64,000 nt of DNA from Nitrospirota bacterium (GCA_963663225.1 OY760142.1:2784001-2848000); one strand, 5' to 3'; numbered from the stretch's first letter, positions 1 to 9,660 are shown. Translations and numbers: made by a program. The notes: generated from the sequence alone by a model not told the origin.

Positions 1-1
1 A

Positions 2-2884
2 GCACTCTGTTCCCGGCTGAAACCGCCTTTTGCCATTGTATTCGACAATTATCATGAAGTTCCGAACGACTCGATGCTTCATACCGTCCTCTTCCACCTG
101 TTGGCAAGGGTCCCGGAGGGTATCCGGGTTTTCGTCATGAGCAGAAATGAGATGCCCTCTTCGCATATCCGGCTTCGTGCGAATGAATCTGTTCATCTCG
201 TCGGATGGAGCGATCTTCGTTTTACACTTGCTGAATCAACACGGATTATTCAAAAAAAAGAAACAAAGAAGCTCACCAAGGACGCTATTTCATTATTGCA
301 CGAAAAAACGGAAGGATGGATCGCGGGCCTTATATTGCTTATTGAAAGCTCAAAAATGCAGGGCCTTGATTACCGGGTACTCAAAAAGATCACCCCACAG
401 GATATCTTTGAGTATTTTGCATCTGAAATTTTCAGAAATAGCGGCCAGGAAATTCAGGAATTTCTCCTGAAAACGGCTTTTTTGACCTCTACCACTGCCC
501 AGATGGCCGAAGCACTCACCGGCGTAAGACATTCCGGAAAAATATTGTCACAACTGCATGCCGACAATTATTTTATCGAGAAGCATCAGGAACCGCATGT
601 GTCCTATCATTATCATCCGCTCTTCAAGGATTTTCTGATTGCCCAGGCAAAGCTCAAGTATTCACACGATGCAGTACTGTCAATACAGCGGCATTCCGCT
701 GTTGTCTTGGCTGAATCAGGACACACAGAAGACGCCGCTGCGCTGCTGATCGAAATGAAAAACTGGGAAGAACTCATCCCGCTGATCCTTGATTACGCTC
801 AATTGCTGATCAATCAGGGACGTTGCAAAACATTGCGTGAATGGCTTGCCGCAATACCTCAATCTTTAATAGACGCTACTCCTGGACTTCTCTATTGGGA
901 GGGGATTTGCAGGTTATCAATCAACCCGGTCGAAAGCCGCACTTTTTTTGAGAGAGCATTCCATATCTTCAATGCAAACGGAAATAAAGCAGGTTCGCTC
1001 TCTGCGTGGTCTGGAGCGGTGGATACTTTTTTGTTCGAATATAATGTCTTAAAACCGCTTGATCCATGGATTACCTGGCTGGACGAACATATTGCTGAAG
1101 AATCAACGTATCCGTCTTTACAAATAGAAACACGGGTGTCCTTGAGCATGGCCGGTGCTTTAGCATGGAGGATGCCTGATCATCCCTGCATAAAAGAGTG
1201 GGTAAGCAAAGCTGTTCTGTTGTCCCAAAAAACCAATAATAATAATCAGTCATTGCAAGCATATCAGCATATCTCGTATCTTATGCTGATGGGCAGGTTT
1301 GAGGACTGCGCTCTTTTTGTAAAAGATATGAAACAGAAAGCGCGTTTACATGAGTTTTCACCGTTAGAAAAAATTTCTTTACTAATGGTCGAATCCGTCC
1401 TCTGCCAATTGACCTCGGAGTCGGCTTCCAAAGGCGTAGGACTCATCAAGGATTGTATAAAAATTGCCGAAGAAACGGGACTCCATATTCTAGATCCCGC
1501 TATTCTTGGGCATGGGGTATATACGTTTCTAAGTGCTGGCGACACGGAATCCGCCGGAAAATTCCTCGCAGAGCTGGAAAAAACCGTGGATAGCGACCGA
1601 CGGATGCACACTGCTCATTATTATCATATAGCAGCATGGTATCATCAGGTTATTGGCGATTACCATCAGGCAGTTGCTCTTGCAAGAAAAGCCGTTGCTC
1701 TTATTGAAGAAGCAGGGGCCCCGTTTCCAGGAGCATACGCCAGACTTGGGCTTGCCCTCGCGCTGCACGAGACCGGAGATGATGGGGAAGCATTCAACCA
1801 TCTTGCAGCTGCAAAAGAAATGAGCAGCCGTACAGGAAGCATGTACCTGAAATATTTGACGCACCTTGCTTCCGCTCATTTTGCTTTTGACAATGCCAGT
1901 GACGAAGAAGGCAGGGAGGCTGTCCGGAACGCCATGCTCTGCGGACGTCAGAACAATTATACCGCCCTCGTGAATTTTTGGCGACCGGATATCATGGCCG
2001 GCATTTGTTGTAAAGCACTTGAAGCAGGCATTGAAACGATATACGTGCAGAAGCTCATACGGCAACTTGATCTTGTCCCTGATGTGCCATCTTCCGAAGT
2101 TGAGGTCTGGCCATGGGAAATTAAAATCAAGACCTTCGATACCTTTGAAATCTGGCGGGACGGAAAACGCCTGGAATTTTCCGTTAAAGCACCCCGTAAA
2201 CTTCTCGCCATGCTGAAGCTGCTTATCGCATGTGGACCCAAGGGTGCGGGCCAGGAAGAACTTGCGGATATGCTTTGGCCGGAATCCGGCGGTGATGTGG
2301 CCCTTCAGGCACTCGATACGAACCTCCATCGTCTTCGGCAACTGCTGAAGCATGAAAAAGTCATTCAGGTGAGAGAAGGCCGGATAAAATTTGATCCTCA
2401 ACGATGCTGGATAGACGCCCATGCATTTGAAGAAATGCTCCGTTGCGCAGATGATAAACTAAAACCCGGATTGAACGGCAAAACATGCAACAGTAAAAGA
2501 CAGCAGGAGGGAATCCAACTGTTGGAACGCGCCACCAAACTTTACACCGGTCCATTTCTGGACAAAACTCCTGAACCATGGGCACTCGCGTATCGGGAAA
2601 GGCTCAGAATAAAGTATCTCAAAGCCGTTCAACGGCTGGGTCTGCATTTTGAGCACAAAGGGTATTTCGATCATGCCGTTAACTGGTATGAAAAAAGCCT
2701 CGAGATTGACGACGTGTCTGAGCCCATCTATCAAAACCTTATGAAATGCTACGGAACTATGGGGCGTACTGCGGAGGCCGTTTCCCTGTATCAGAGGTGC
2801 AGAAGGACCCTGAAGACCGTCCTCAGAATAGATCCATCTCCTGAAACAGAATCTCTTTATAAATCACTTATTTCCAACCGCTAA
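2..2884 (+). CDS. MalT-like STAND ATPase / TPR / OmpR-type wHTH + BTAD transcriptional activator (5'-truncated by window edge)
   Basis: Frame is open from base 2 (ALCSRLKPPFAIVFDNYHEV, MalT-type Walker B region), upstream of the tracked ATG at 74. Contains TEGWIAGL, YHYHPLF, a TPR-like middle, and a C-terminal LADMLWPES...NLHRLRQLL...LYTGPFL...YQNLMKCY SARP/BTAD signature. Confidence 0.85.
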   Translation, partial: ALCSRLKPPFAIVFDNYHEVPNDSMLHTVLFHLLARVPEGIRVFVMSRNEMPSSHIRLRANESVHLVGWSDLRFTLAESTRIIQKKETKKLTKDAISLLHEKTEGWIAGLILLIESSKMQGLDYRVLKKITPQDIFEYFASEIFRNSGQEIQEFLLKTAFLTSTTAQMAEALTGVRHSGKILSQLHADNYFIEKHQEPHVSYHYHPLFKDFLIAQAKLKYSHDAVLSIQRHSAVVLAESGHTEDAAALLIEMKNWEELIPLILDYAQLLINQGRCKTLREWLAAIPQSLIDATPGLLYWEGICRLSINPVESRTFFERAFHIFNANGNKAGSLSAWSGAVDTFLFEYNVLKPLDPWITWLDEHIAEESTYPSLQIETRVSLSMAGALAWRMPDHPCIKEWVSKAVLLSQKTNNNNQSLQAYQHISYLMLMGRFEDCALFVKDMKQKARLHEFSPLEKISLLMVESVLCQLTSESASKGVGLIKDCIKIAEETGLHILDPAILGHGVYTFLSAGDTESAGKFLAELEKTVDSDRRMHTAHYYHIAAWYHQVIGDYHQAVALARKAVALIEEAGAPFPGAYARLGLALALHETGDDGEAFNHLAAAKEMSSRTGSMYLKYLTHLASAHFAFDNASDEEGREAVRNAMLCGRQNNYTALVNFWRPDIMAGICCKALEAGIETIYVQKLIRQLDLVPDVPSSEVEVWPWEIKIKTFDTFEIWRDGKRLEFSVKAPRKLLAMLKLLIACGPKGAGQEELADMLWPESGGDVALQALDTNLHRLRQLLKHEKVIQVREGRIKFDPQRCWIDAHAFEEMLRCADDKLKPGLNGKTCNSKRQQEGIQLLERATKLYTGPFLDKTPEPWALAYRERLRIKYLKAVQRLGLHFEHKGYFDHAVNWYEKSLEIDDVSEPIYQNLMKCYGTMGRTAEAVSLYQRCRRTLKTVLRIDPSPETESLYKSLISNR

Positions 2885-2980
2885 TACCTGTCTCTCATCT
2901 TGGTACTACTAGTTTTTTTGACAAAAAATATCATGTTTTCAATAAAGAAGCTTGAACTATGGTTATAATTTCCCTTCTCT

Positions 2981-3014
2981 TGTAAGCTATCTGTAAGTTA
3001 CCCTCTGGTATAAA
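2981..3014 (+). promoter_or_regulatory. TGTAAG-N5-TGTAAG direct repeat plus extended -10 (TGgTATAAA); candidate BTAD-activator-dependent promoter
   Basis: tgtaag at 2981-2986 and 2992-2997 (11-bp period) sits in the -35 position. TG at 3006-3007, TATAAA at 3009-3014. Confidence 0.55.
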
Positions 3015-3071
3015 TCCCGCATAACGTACCGCAATAATCAATTCCACAATGATCAGAAAGGTTTGATGACC

Positions 3072-3269
3072 ATGGATAGTTATATCGTCCGCGTATACCG
3101 TTTTGACCGTTCGAAACCCCGCGCCATTATCGGCGTGGTTGAAGAAGCCGGCAGCGACGATAAAAAAGCTTTCATGAATATAGATGAATTATGGAAGATA
3201 CTAAATCCGCACTGCGATAAACCGCGGAAAAAGATACGAGAACAGAAAATGGCAAATTTACAAAGGTGA
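3072..3269 (+). CDS. Small hypothetical protein (MDSYIVRVYR...IIGVVEE...AFMNIDELWKIL)
   Basis: ORF with AGAAAGG RBS at about 3055-3061; globular-looking beta-beta-beta-alpha sequence directly downstream of the repeat promoter. Alternative starts at 3063 and 3066. Confidence 0.7.
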   Translation: MDSYIVRVYRFDRSKPRAIIGVVEEAGSDDKKAFMNIDELWKILNPHCDKPRKKIREQKMANLQR

Positions 3270-3328
3270 TCGAAAACATTGTGAACTTTCAATATTGAAA
3301 GCACTATATCACATAAAAGGGGGACTTT

Positions 3329-3973
3329 ATGAGAAGAGCTTTTATTTCAATAATTGTGATGTTGGCGTTGTCGTGCATCATTACGTCTTGCGGTGGTGGC
3401 GATGGTGCTTCTCCGGTTAAATTCAGTGAAAATTTCGAATCATATTCTCTTGCAAATCCATGGACACCGGTAGGATGGACCAGTGCCGGAGGATCAACCT
3501 GGGCAATCGTGTCTGACTCCGGAAATAAGGTCTTAAGCCATGTTCTAACAAGCGGTGTCCTGACGTCGAACATTTATAGTGGAAACAATTATACCGTATC
3601 AGCAAAAATAAAACCAGGGAACACGGCAACGTGCACCGGGATAATCGCGCGTTTTGTGGATGCTTCCAATTATTTTATGCTGAGCATTGAAACTCCGGGA
3701 AGTTTGGTACTTCGAAAATACTCTTCGGGTACCGGGTATGCGCCAGTTTCTTCAACTTTTACATTTAACACGACAACCTACTATACATTAACCTTGCAAG
3801 TAAATGGTAATAACATTTCAGGAAACGTGAGCGATGGAGTCACTACCGCATCGGTAAGCTTTACCGATGATGGTGCCACATATGGACCACTTATAAACTC
3901 CGGTAGAATCGGAGTTGCTGAGTTGATCCAGACTGGTACATATTTTGACGATATTCTCGTCACAGAACCATGA
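3329..3973 (+). CDS. Lipoprotein with concanavalin-A-like / DUF1080-type beta-sandwich
   Basis: Lipobox ITS-C then GGG. Motifs FSENFES, NYTVSAKIK, GIIARFVDASNYFML, SGRIGV...YFDDILVT. Confidence 0.7.
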   Translation: MRRAFISIIVMLALSCIITSCGGGDGASPVKFSENFESYSLANPWTPVGWTSAGGSTWAIVSDSGNKVLSHVLTSGVLTSNIYSGNNYTVSAKIKPGNTATCTGIIARFVDASNYFMLSIETPGSLVLRKYSSGTGYAPVSSTFTFNTTTYYTLTLQVNGNNISGNVSDGVTTASVSFTDDGATYGPLINSGRIGVAELIQTGTYFDDILVTEP

Positions 3974-4019
3974 ACCGACATTTACCATATGATATCGTTG
4001 CTGCAAAAATGAGAACCAT

Positions 4020-4397
4020 ATGAAAAATATTCTCATTATAGATGATAATCGGATGCTTCGAAACTCAATTTCTGAATATCTTGGTTTCATGATCCAAGGC
4101 TGCACCATAATGACCGCGGAAGATGGTCAAAGTGGTATAGAATTGCTGAAATTGAATCCGGTGAATCTTGTGTTGACCGACCTCGAGATGCCGGGAATAG
4201 ATGGTTATCAGGTCATCGATTATGCAAAAAAAAATCATCCGGATATTCCTGTAATTATTATGACAGGGTCCTGGTCAGCCGACTTGAGCCAACTCGTGTC
4301 GAAAACCGGTATTGTGCGTTGTCTGGAAAAGCCATTTCGCTTTGAAGACCTTAATGAAATGATACAGGAGGTTCTTAAAGAGGATCGAATACTGTAG
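4020..4397 (+). CDS. Single-domain response regulator (receiver only)
   Basis: ILIIDD, LVLTDLEMPGIDG, IIMTG and LEKPF motifs; no output domain. Confidence 0.9.
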   Translation: MKNILIIDDNRMLRNSISEYLGFMIQGCTIMTAEDGQSGIELLKLNPVNLVLTDLEMPGIDGYQVIDYAKKNHPDIPVIIMTGSWSADLSQLVSKTGIVRCLEKPFRFEDLNEMIQEVLKEDRIL

Positions 4398-4441
4398 ATT
4401 GCCTGACGTCCTGATTAAAACAAGCATCGGGGGGAAAGAAC

Positions 4442-6526
4442 ATGAAAACAATTTTGAAGCTTATGGCAATCCTTCTCATAGTCACAGCTTTTCTTGCAGG
4501 CTGTGGCGGAAGTGGTGGTGGGAGCAGCTACGTCGGCGCGGGCCAAAGCGGTACTCCGCGTTTTGCTTATGTCACGAATCATGATTCGGATATTATTTCA
4601 ATTTATGCGATAGATCCCGCAACCGGAAGATGGCGCTATATCGGCATGCAATATAGCGATACCTATCCTATCTCGATCGTGGTTTCCCCTTCAGGGAAAT
4701 ACGCGTATTCAGCAAACAATACATTCGGAAGAATATCTCAATATAAAGTCAACCAGACCACAGGACAGTTGGAATTCTTTATTGGTCCGAACACGGGATC
4801 AGATCCACGGTGTATCGCAATCGATCCGTCAGAGCGGTTTGTATATGTCGCGAATCATGGTTCGAATAATATCTCGCTTTATACCATCAACCCCTCAAAT
4901 GGACAGTTGACGGCTGGAACAGCTACGAACGCAGGTACAAATCCGATCTTTATTATAAGCCATCCAACCGGAAAGTTCGCGTATGCGGTCAATTACGGCT
5001 CCAACAACGTGTCAGTCTATTCCATCAATCAGTCGACTGGTGTACTGAGCCTTATTGATATCACCAATACTGGTATTCAACCTACAGCAGCGGCCATAGA
5101 TCCCTCGGGTAAATTTTTGTACGTGACAAACTCTGGCGCGAATACGGTTTCCGCCTATACCATTAATCAGGCAACCGGTGCCTTGATACCGGTTCCGGGA
5201 CTTGCAGCGGGCGCCGGAATGTCACCCATGTCCATCGCGATTGATCCAACCGGTAAGTTTGCGTTTGTTGCAAATTGGGGCGGCACGGTATCAGTCTATA
5301 CCATCAATGCAAGCACCGGAGCCTTGACCTCGGGCACGGCCGTGGCCGCCGGCACGAATCCGCTGTATGTCAAAGTCGATCCTTCCGGCACGTTCGTCTA
5401 TGTTGCGAATGTAAACGGCCATACGATTTCGTACTATTCCGTCAACCAGACCAGCGGAGCATTGACAGCATCCGGCACAATTTCGTCACGCGAAGGATCT
5501 TCCATTGCAATACTGGCCGGAACATCCCCGGTCAGATATGTGCCGAAAATGCTCTATACCTCCTACTTCAACGGATCCTATGTGTCCACTCACGCGATAG
5601 ATGAGAATACCGGCATCCTTGAAGAAATAGCGGGTTCTCCGTCACCCGCAGGTGATCATCCTGCCGGTATCGTTGTTGATCCTTCCAATCGGTACGCCTA
5701 TCTGCCGAATGCGTATGATGCCACGGTCTCGATATTTAGAATCCTCGCTTCAGGGGAATTGTACCTGCCACCGACTACCGTGCCTGCACAGGTTTATCCT
5801 GCCGACATCGCAGTTGACCCTGCGGGTAGATTTGCGTACGTGGTCAATACGAATTCCGACAGCATTTCGATGTATACTATAAACTTTAGTATGGCCAGTC
5901 ATCTCATATCATTCGGAACCACTGGTACGAGCGATGAGCCGATGTATGTCAGCATAGATCCGCTCGGTCGTTTCCTTTACGTATCCCACCCAACGATAGA
6001 CACAATTTCAGTTTATACGATAAATCAGATGAGCGGGGCGCTGACGCTGCAGGCATCCATGGCGGCAGGCGATTCCCCGCGCCGCGTCTCGTTCGATCCG
6101 ACCGGGAAATATGCCTATGTTCCCGTCCGGTATGATGACAATATCTCAGTTTATGCAATCAACCAGACAAATGGTACCTTGACGTTTCAGGGTTCTGCTG
6201 CAACGGGATACAACCCAACGTCAATTACCATCGACCCATCAGGCAGATTTGCCTACGTAATGTATGAGAGCGCCTACAACGTCTCTGCCTTCAGAATAAA
6301 TCCTTCCACCGGTCTGCTGACTGCAGGGCCAGATGCACCCGGGTATGGGGGGTGGAATATTATTGCCGATCCGTCCGGGAAGTTCGTCTATGCCGCCAAT
6401 GGTCAGGGGTTTGATACGTTTTCGATTTACACTATCAACCAGACGACCGGCGACTTGGTTCATCAGCGTGAGGTAAATACCGGCGCATACCCCGGAACTA
6501 TGTCGTTTCTCGTTGAGGCGCGATAA
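4442..6526 (+). CDS. Lipoprotein, lactonase-family (Pgl/YbhE-like) tandem beta-propeller, 14 blades
   Basis: Lipobox LAG-C. Fourteen repeats of about 46-48 aa of the type PxxIAIDPSGKFAYVANxGSNxISxYxINQxTGxL. Confidence 0.85.
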   Translation: MKTILKLMAILLIVTAFLAGCGGSGGGSSYVGAGQSGTPRFAYVTNHDSDIISIYAIDPATGRWRYIGMQYSDTYPISIVVSPSGKYAYSANNTFGRISQYKVNQTTGQLEFFIGPNTGSDPRCIAIDPSERFVYVANHGSNNISLYTINPSNGQLTAGTATNAGTNPIFIISHPTGKFAYAVNYGSNNVSVYSINQSTGVLSLIDITNTGIQPTAAAIDPSGKFLYVTNSGANTVSAYTINQATGALIPVPGLAAGAGMSPMSIAIDPTGKFAFVANWGGTVSVYTINASTGALTSGTAVAAGTNPLYVKVDPSGTFVYVANVNGHTISYYSVNQTSGALTASGTISSREGSSIAILAGTSPVRYVPKMLYTSYFNGSYVSTHAIDENTGILEEIAGSPSPAGDHPAGIVVDPSNRYAYLPNAYDATVSIFRILASGELYLPPTTVPAQVYPADIAVDPAGRFAYVVNTNSDSISMYTINFSMASHLISFGTTGTSDEPMYVSIDPLGRFLYVSHPTIDTISVYTINQMSGALTLQASMAAGDSPRRVSFDPTGKYAYVPVRYDDNISVYAINQTNGTLTFQGSAATGYNPTSITIDPSGRFAYVMYESAYNVSAFRINPSTGLLTAGPDAPGYGGWNIIADPSGKFVYAANGQGFDTFSIYTINQTTGDLVHQREVNTGAYPGTMSFLVEAR

Positions 6527-6606
6527 CGATAAAAAACTGTTCAAAAAAAATGCCATTTCGTTGACTTGATTACATCAGATTACTCAGAAAAAATAGGGGG
6601 ACCGTT

Positions 6607-8712
6607 ATGAACAATATCTCAAGATCTATAATTATATTTATTATGTTATCAGTTGTACTCGCAGCTTGCGGCAGTGGAGGAGGCAACAGCGGCAGCAATA
6701 CTTCTTCTCTATCAAATCTGGTTACAAATGGAACAGTAATAACAATGGCTGTGGGGCAAGACGGGACCACGTACATCGGCGGTGATTTTACCTTTGTCGG
6801 CCCTGCTACAGGAGGAAGCGCTTCCATAAATGCAATATCCGGGACCATCACGTCGTCATTTCCCAAAGTACTTGGTCTTGTACAGGCTATTGTGCCGGAC
6901 GGCAGCGGTGGCTGGTATATCGGCGGTATCTTTACATATGTCGGTGGCGTGGCAAGAAATAATATTGCTCATATTCTTGCCAATAATACTGTTGATACGG
7001 CATGGAATCCTGATGCAAACAGCGGTATTTATGCCCTTGCGTTAAACGGCACTACCTTGTATGCGGGGGGTGGCTTTTCTGTTATCGGCGGCCAGTCCAG
7101 AAACCGTATTGCCGCACTTGATACAGCAACCGGAACCGCCACGAGCTGGAATCCTAATGCAGGATCGTACGTCTTTACTCTTGTGATAAGCGGAACAACG
7201 GTTTATGTGGGCGGTAATTTCACGACCATAGGAACAGCAACAAGGAATCGTATAGCAGCGATTGATATTTCTACTGGAGCTCCGACCACGTGGGATCCGA
7301 ACGCGAATGACACCGTCAATACCATTACCGTAAGCGGTTCTATGGTTTATGCGGGCGGCAGTTTTACCAGCATTGGAGGAGCATCCAGAAACCGTATAGC
7401 AGCGATTGATAGTTCGGGTGCTGCGACTACCTGGAACCCGAATGCAAACAATACAGTAAATACTATTGTTGTGAACGGGAGTACGATATACGCAGGCGGA
7501 CTGTTTACCAATATTGGGGGAGTGGCAAGAACTTCTATAGCTGCTCTTAACAATACGACCGGGAATGCATTAAGTTGGGATGCAAACATGACCGGCGGAG
7601 GTGTGTATACGCTTACTCTTGATGGAAGTATCGTTTATGTCGGCGGCGGATTTGGGAATATCGGAGCAGCGGAAAGACGATATGTTGGAGCATTTGACAC
7701 AACAACAGGCCTTGCCACTTCTTGGGATCCACGAGCCAACGGCAATGTCCTTGCCATCGCCGTAAGCGGGAGTACGGTATGTGCCGGCGGGACTTTTACG
7801 AGCATGAATGCCCAGGTGAGAGCATACATTGCAGCAATTGACGCTTCGGGCGCCCTGAAGGCCTGGAACCCAAATGCAGGGTCTCTTGTATATGCGCTTG
7901 CCGTAAATGGAAATACCGTCTACGCAGGGGGTGTTTTTAGCGCCATTGGCGGACAAACGAGAAATTATATCGCGGCGCTTGATGCTACAACAGGACTGGC
8001 GACCAGTTGGAATCCAAATGCCAACGACACTGTCCGCGCTTTCGCTGTGAGCGGAAATACCGTCTACGCAGGGGGTGACTTTCTGAACATAGGCTCAGCA
8101 GCCAGAAACCGCATTGCTGCACTTGATGCCGTCACAGGAAATGCCGCTGCCTGGAATCCTAACGCGAACAATACTGTTTATACTCTTATTGCGAATGGAA
8201 GCGTTGTGTATACCGGAGGAGATTTTACCAATATCGGTGGAGCACTGAGAAACCATATAGCAGCGATTGACAATTCATCGGGCATTGCAACTGCCTGGAA
8301 TCCAAATGCTGATATGAGTGTTATTGCTCTTGCAATACAGGGAAATACCGTGTATGCAGGCGGCGGATTCGGAAATATCGGCGGTGCGGCTAGATTTGCT
8401 ATTGCGGCTCTTGATGCGACAACCGGTAATGCTACCAGTTGGAATGCCGGTGGCAGCGGCGTGGTACGAGGAATTGGGATAAATGGAGGTACCGTATATG
8501 CAGGAGGAGATTTTACAAATTTCGCCGGACTCACAAGGAATTATCTTGTCGCTCTTGATGCCGCAACCGGCAGTGTCATCACATCCTGGAATCCCAATGC
8601 TGACGACAAGGTCTATGCTCTTGTCATGAACGGTGGCACCGTGTATGCCGGCGGTGACTTTACACATATAGGCATGGATCCATTTGCTAAATTAGTTAAC
8701 ATATATCAATAA
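6607..8712 (+). CDS. Lipoprotein with about 48-aa WNPNAN/VYAGGxFT repeats (beta-propeller-like surface protein)
   Basis: Lipobox LAA-C. Twelve clear W(N/D)P(N/D)AN-type repeats plus two degenerate N-terminal units. Confidence 0.8.
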   Translation: MNNISRSIIIFIMLSVVLAACGSGGGNSGSNTSSLSNLVTNGTVITMAVGQDGTTYIGGDFTFVGPATGGSASINAISGTITSSFPKVLGLVQAIVPDGSGGWYIGGIFTYVGGVARNNIAHILANNTVDTAWNPDANSGIYALALNGTTLYAGGGFSVIGGQSRNRIAALDTATGTATSWNPNAGSYVFTLVISGTTVYVGGNFTTIGTATRNRIAAIDISTGAPTTWDPNANDTVNTITVSGSMVYAGGSFTSIGGASRNRIAAIDSSGAATTWNPNANNTVNTIVVNGSTIYAGGLFTNIGGVARTSIAALNNTTGNALSWDANMTGGGVYTLTLDGSIVYVGGGFGNIGAAERRYVGAFDTTTGLATSWDPRANGNVLAIAVSGSTVCAGGTFTSMNAQVRAYIAAIDASGALKAWNPNAGSLVYALAVNGNTVYAGGVFSAIGGQTRNYIAALDATTGLATSWNPNANDTVRAFAVSGNTVYAGGDFLNIGSAARNRIAALDAVTGNAAAWNPNANNTVYTLIANGSVVYTGGDFTNIGGALRNHIAAIDNSSGIATAWNPNADMSVIALAIQGNTVYAGGGFGNIGGAARFAIAALDATTGNATSWNAGGSGVVRGIGINGGTVYAGGDFTNFAGLTRNYLVALDAATGSVITSWNPNADDKVYALVMNGGTVYAGGDFTHIGMDPFAKLVNIYQ

Positions 8713-8848
8713 GTTATTATTTTCCACTTCATGTTACAGATGAAGAAATAATAATAACCAGAAATGGCCAAAAAACAGTCGCGTTTACCATGACAAGTGC
8801 CGGTATCTGAATATCTATTCACCAGCACTGTAATCTTCAAGGAGACCT

Positions 8849-8878
8849 AAAAGCCGGAAGAACCTTCCGGCTTTTTTT
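8849..8878 (+). terminator. Rho-independent terminator closing the lipoprotein operon
   Basis: AAAAGCCGGAAG-aac-CTTCCGGCTTTTTTT. Confidence 0.85.
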
Positions 8879-8945
8879 GTAAGCTACTATTGTGTTTTTA
8901 CATTTTATAACCACTGATTAGAATCATGACCGAACCATATAGAAC

Positions 8946-8974
8946 TTGACAATAAAGGGGAGTGTGAGTATTAT
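8946..8974 (+). promoter_or_regulatory. sigma70 promoter for tRNA-Pro/Arg
   Basis: TTGACA-17 nt-TATTAT. Confidence 0.8.
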
Positions 8975-9011
8975 ATGGCCTACGAAATGCAGGTAAGCAG
9001 TGTGTTTACCT

Positions 9012-9088
9012 CGGGGCGTGGCGCAGCCCGGTAGCGCGTCTGCTTTGGGAGCAGAAAGCCGGAGGTTCAAATCCTCTCGCCCCGACCA
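9012..9088 (+). tRNA. tRNA-Pro(TGG)
   Basis: Cloverleaf; anticodon arm TCTGC-TTTGGGA-GCAGA; GGTTCAAAT T-loop; CCA end. Confidence 0.97.
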
Positions 9089-9116
9089 TTTTGATTGTGG
9101 TTTGCAGTAAAAGAAT

Positions 9117-9193
9117 GCGCCTGTAGCTCAGGTGGATAGAGCAACAGCCTTCTAAGCTGTGGGTCAGGGGTTCGAATCCCTTCAGGCGCGCCA
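9117..9193 (+). tRNA. tRNA-Arg(TCT)
   Basis: Anticodon arm ACAGC-CTTCTAA-GCTGT; CCA end. Confidence 0.97.
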
Positions 9194-9238
9194 ATTAAAC
9201 AAGTACCACGTCCGAATCAATTGCTTGCGGATTGTTTA

Positions 9239-9267
9239 TTGACAAATTATTTTCAACGCTATACAAT
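9239..9267 (+). promoter_or_regulatory. sigma70 promoter for tRNA-His/Arg/Arg
   Basis: TTGACA-17 nt-TACAAT. Confidence 0.8.
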
Positions 9268-9321
9268 AAACCATAAATTTGTATCAGTATCTTAGCTTTT
9301 GCAACAAACAAAATCATTCAT

Positions 9322-9398
9322 GGTGGGCGTAGCTCAGCTGGTAGAGCACAAGGTTGTGGCCCTTGTGGTCGCGGGTTCAAGCCCCGTCGCTCACCCCA
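9322..9398 (+). tRNA. tRNA-His(GTG)
   Basis: Anticodon arm CAAGG-TTGTGGC-CCTTG; encoded G-1; CCA end. Confidence 0.97.
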
Positions 9399-9409
9399 AT
9401 TTTTAAACA

Positions 9410-9436
9410 TAGAGACGGTCTGTAGGCCGTCTCTAC
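9410..9436 (-). repeat. REP-like palindrome (GTAG family)
   Basis: Minus strand reads GTAGAGACGGCC-TACA-GACCGTCTCTA, a GTAG-headed hairpin between tRNA genes. Confidence 0.5.
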
Positions 9437-9458
9437 ATCGTTTTAAGCCTTTTTTTAT

Positions 9459-9535
<77 letters not shown>

Positions 9536-9583
9536 AATAAATTTGACTATTGTTCCTTGTCAAATAAACACGCAGTTTCTCAT

Positions 9584-9660
9584 GCGCCCGTAGCTCAGCT
9601 GGATAGAGCGTTGGCCTCCGAAGCCAAAGGTCGTGCGTTCGAATCGCGCCGGGCGCGCCA
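9584..9660 (+). tRNA. tRNA-Arg(CCG)
   Basis: Anticodon arm TTGGC-CTCCGAA-GCCAA; CCA end. Confidence 0.97.

Noticed and set aside
1529-2422. Long antisense ORFs (also 11509-12303, 39267-40007, 55096-55701)
   Set aside because: They lie wholly opposite well-supported genes and show no recognisable motifs.
6990-8670. Regularly spaced nucleotide repeats (TGGAATCC.AA.GC) resembling a CRISPR array or DGR
   Set aside because: They are in-frame coding repeats of about 144 nt with synonymous variation. There are no unique spacers, cas genes or reverse transcriptase.
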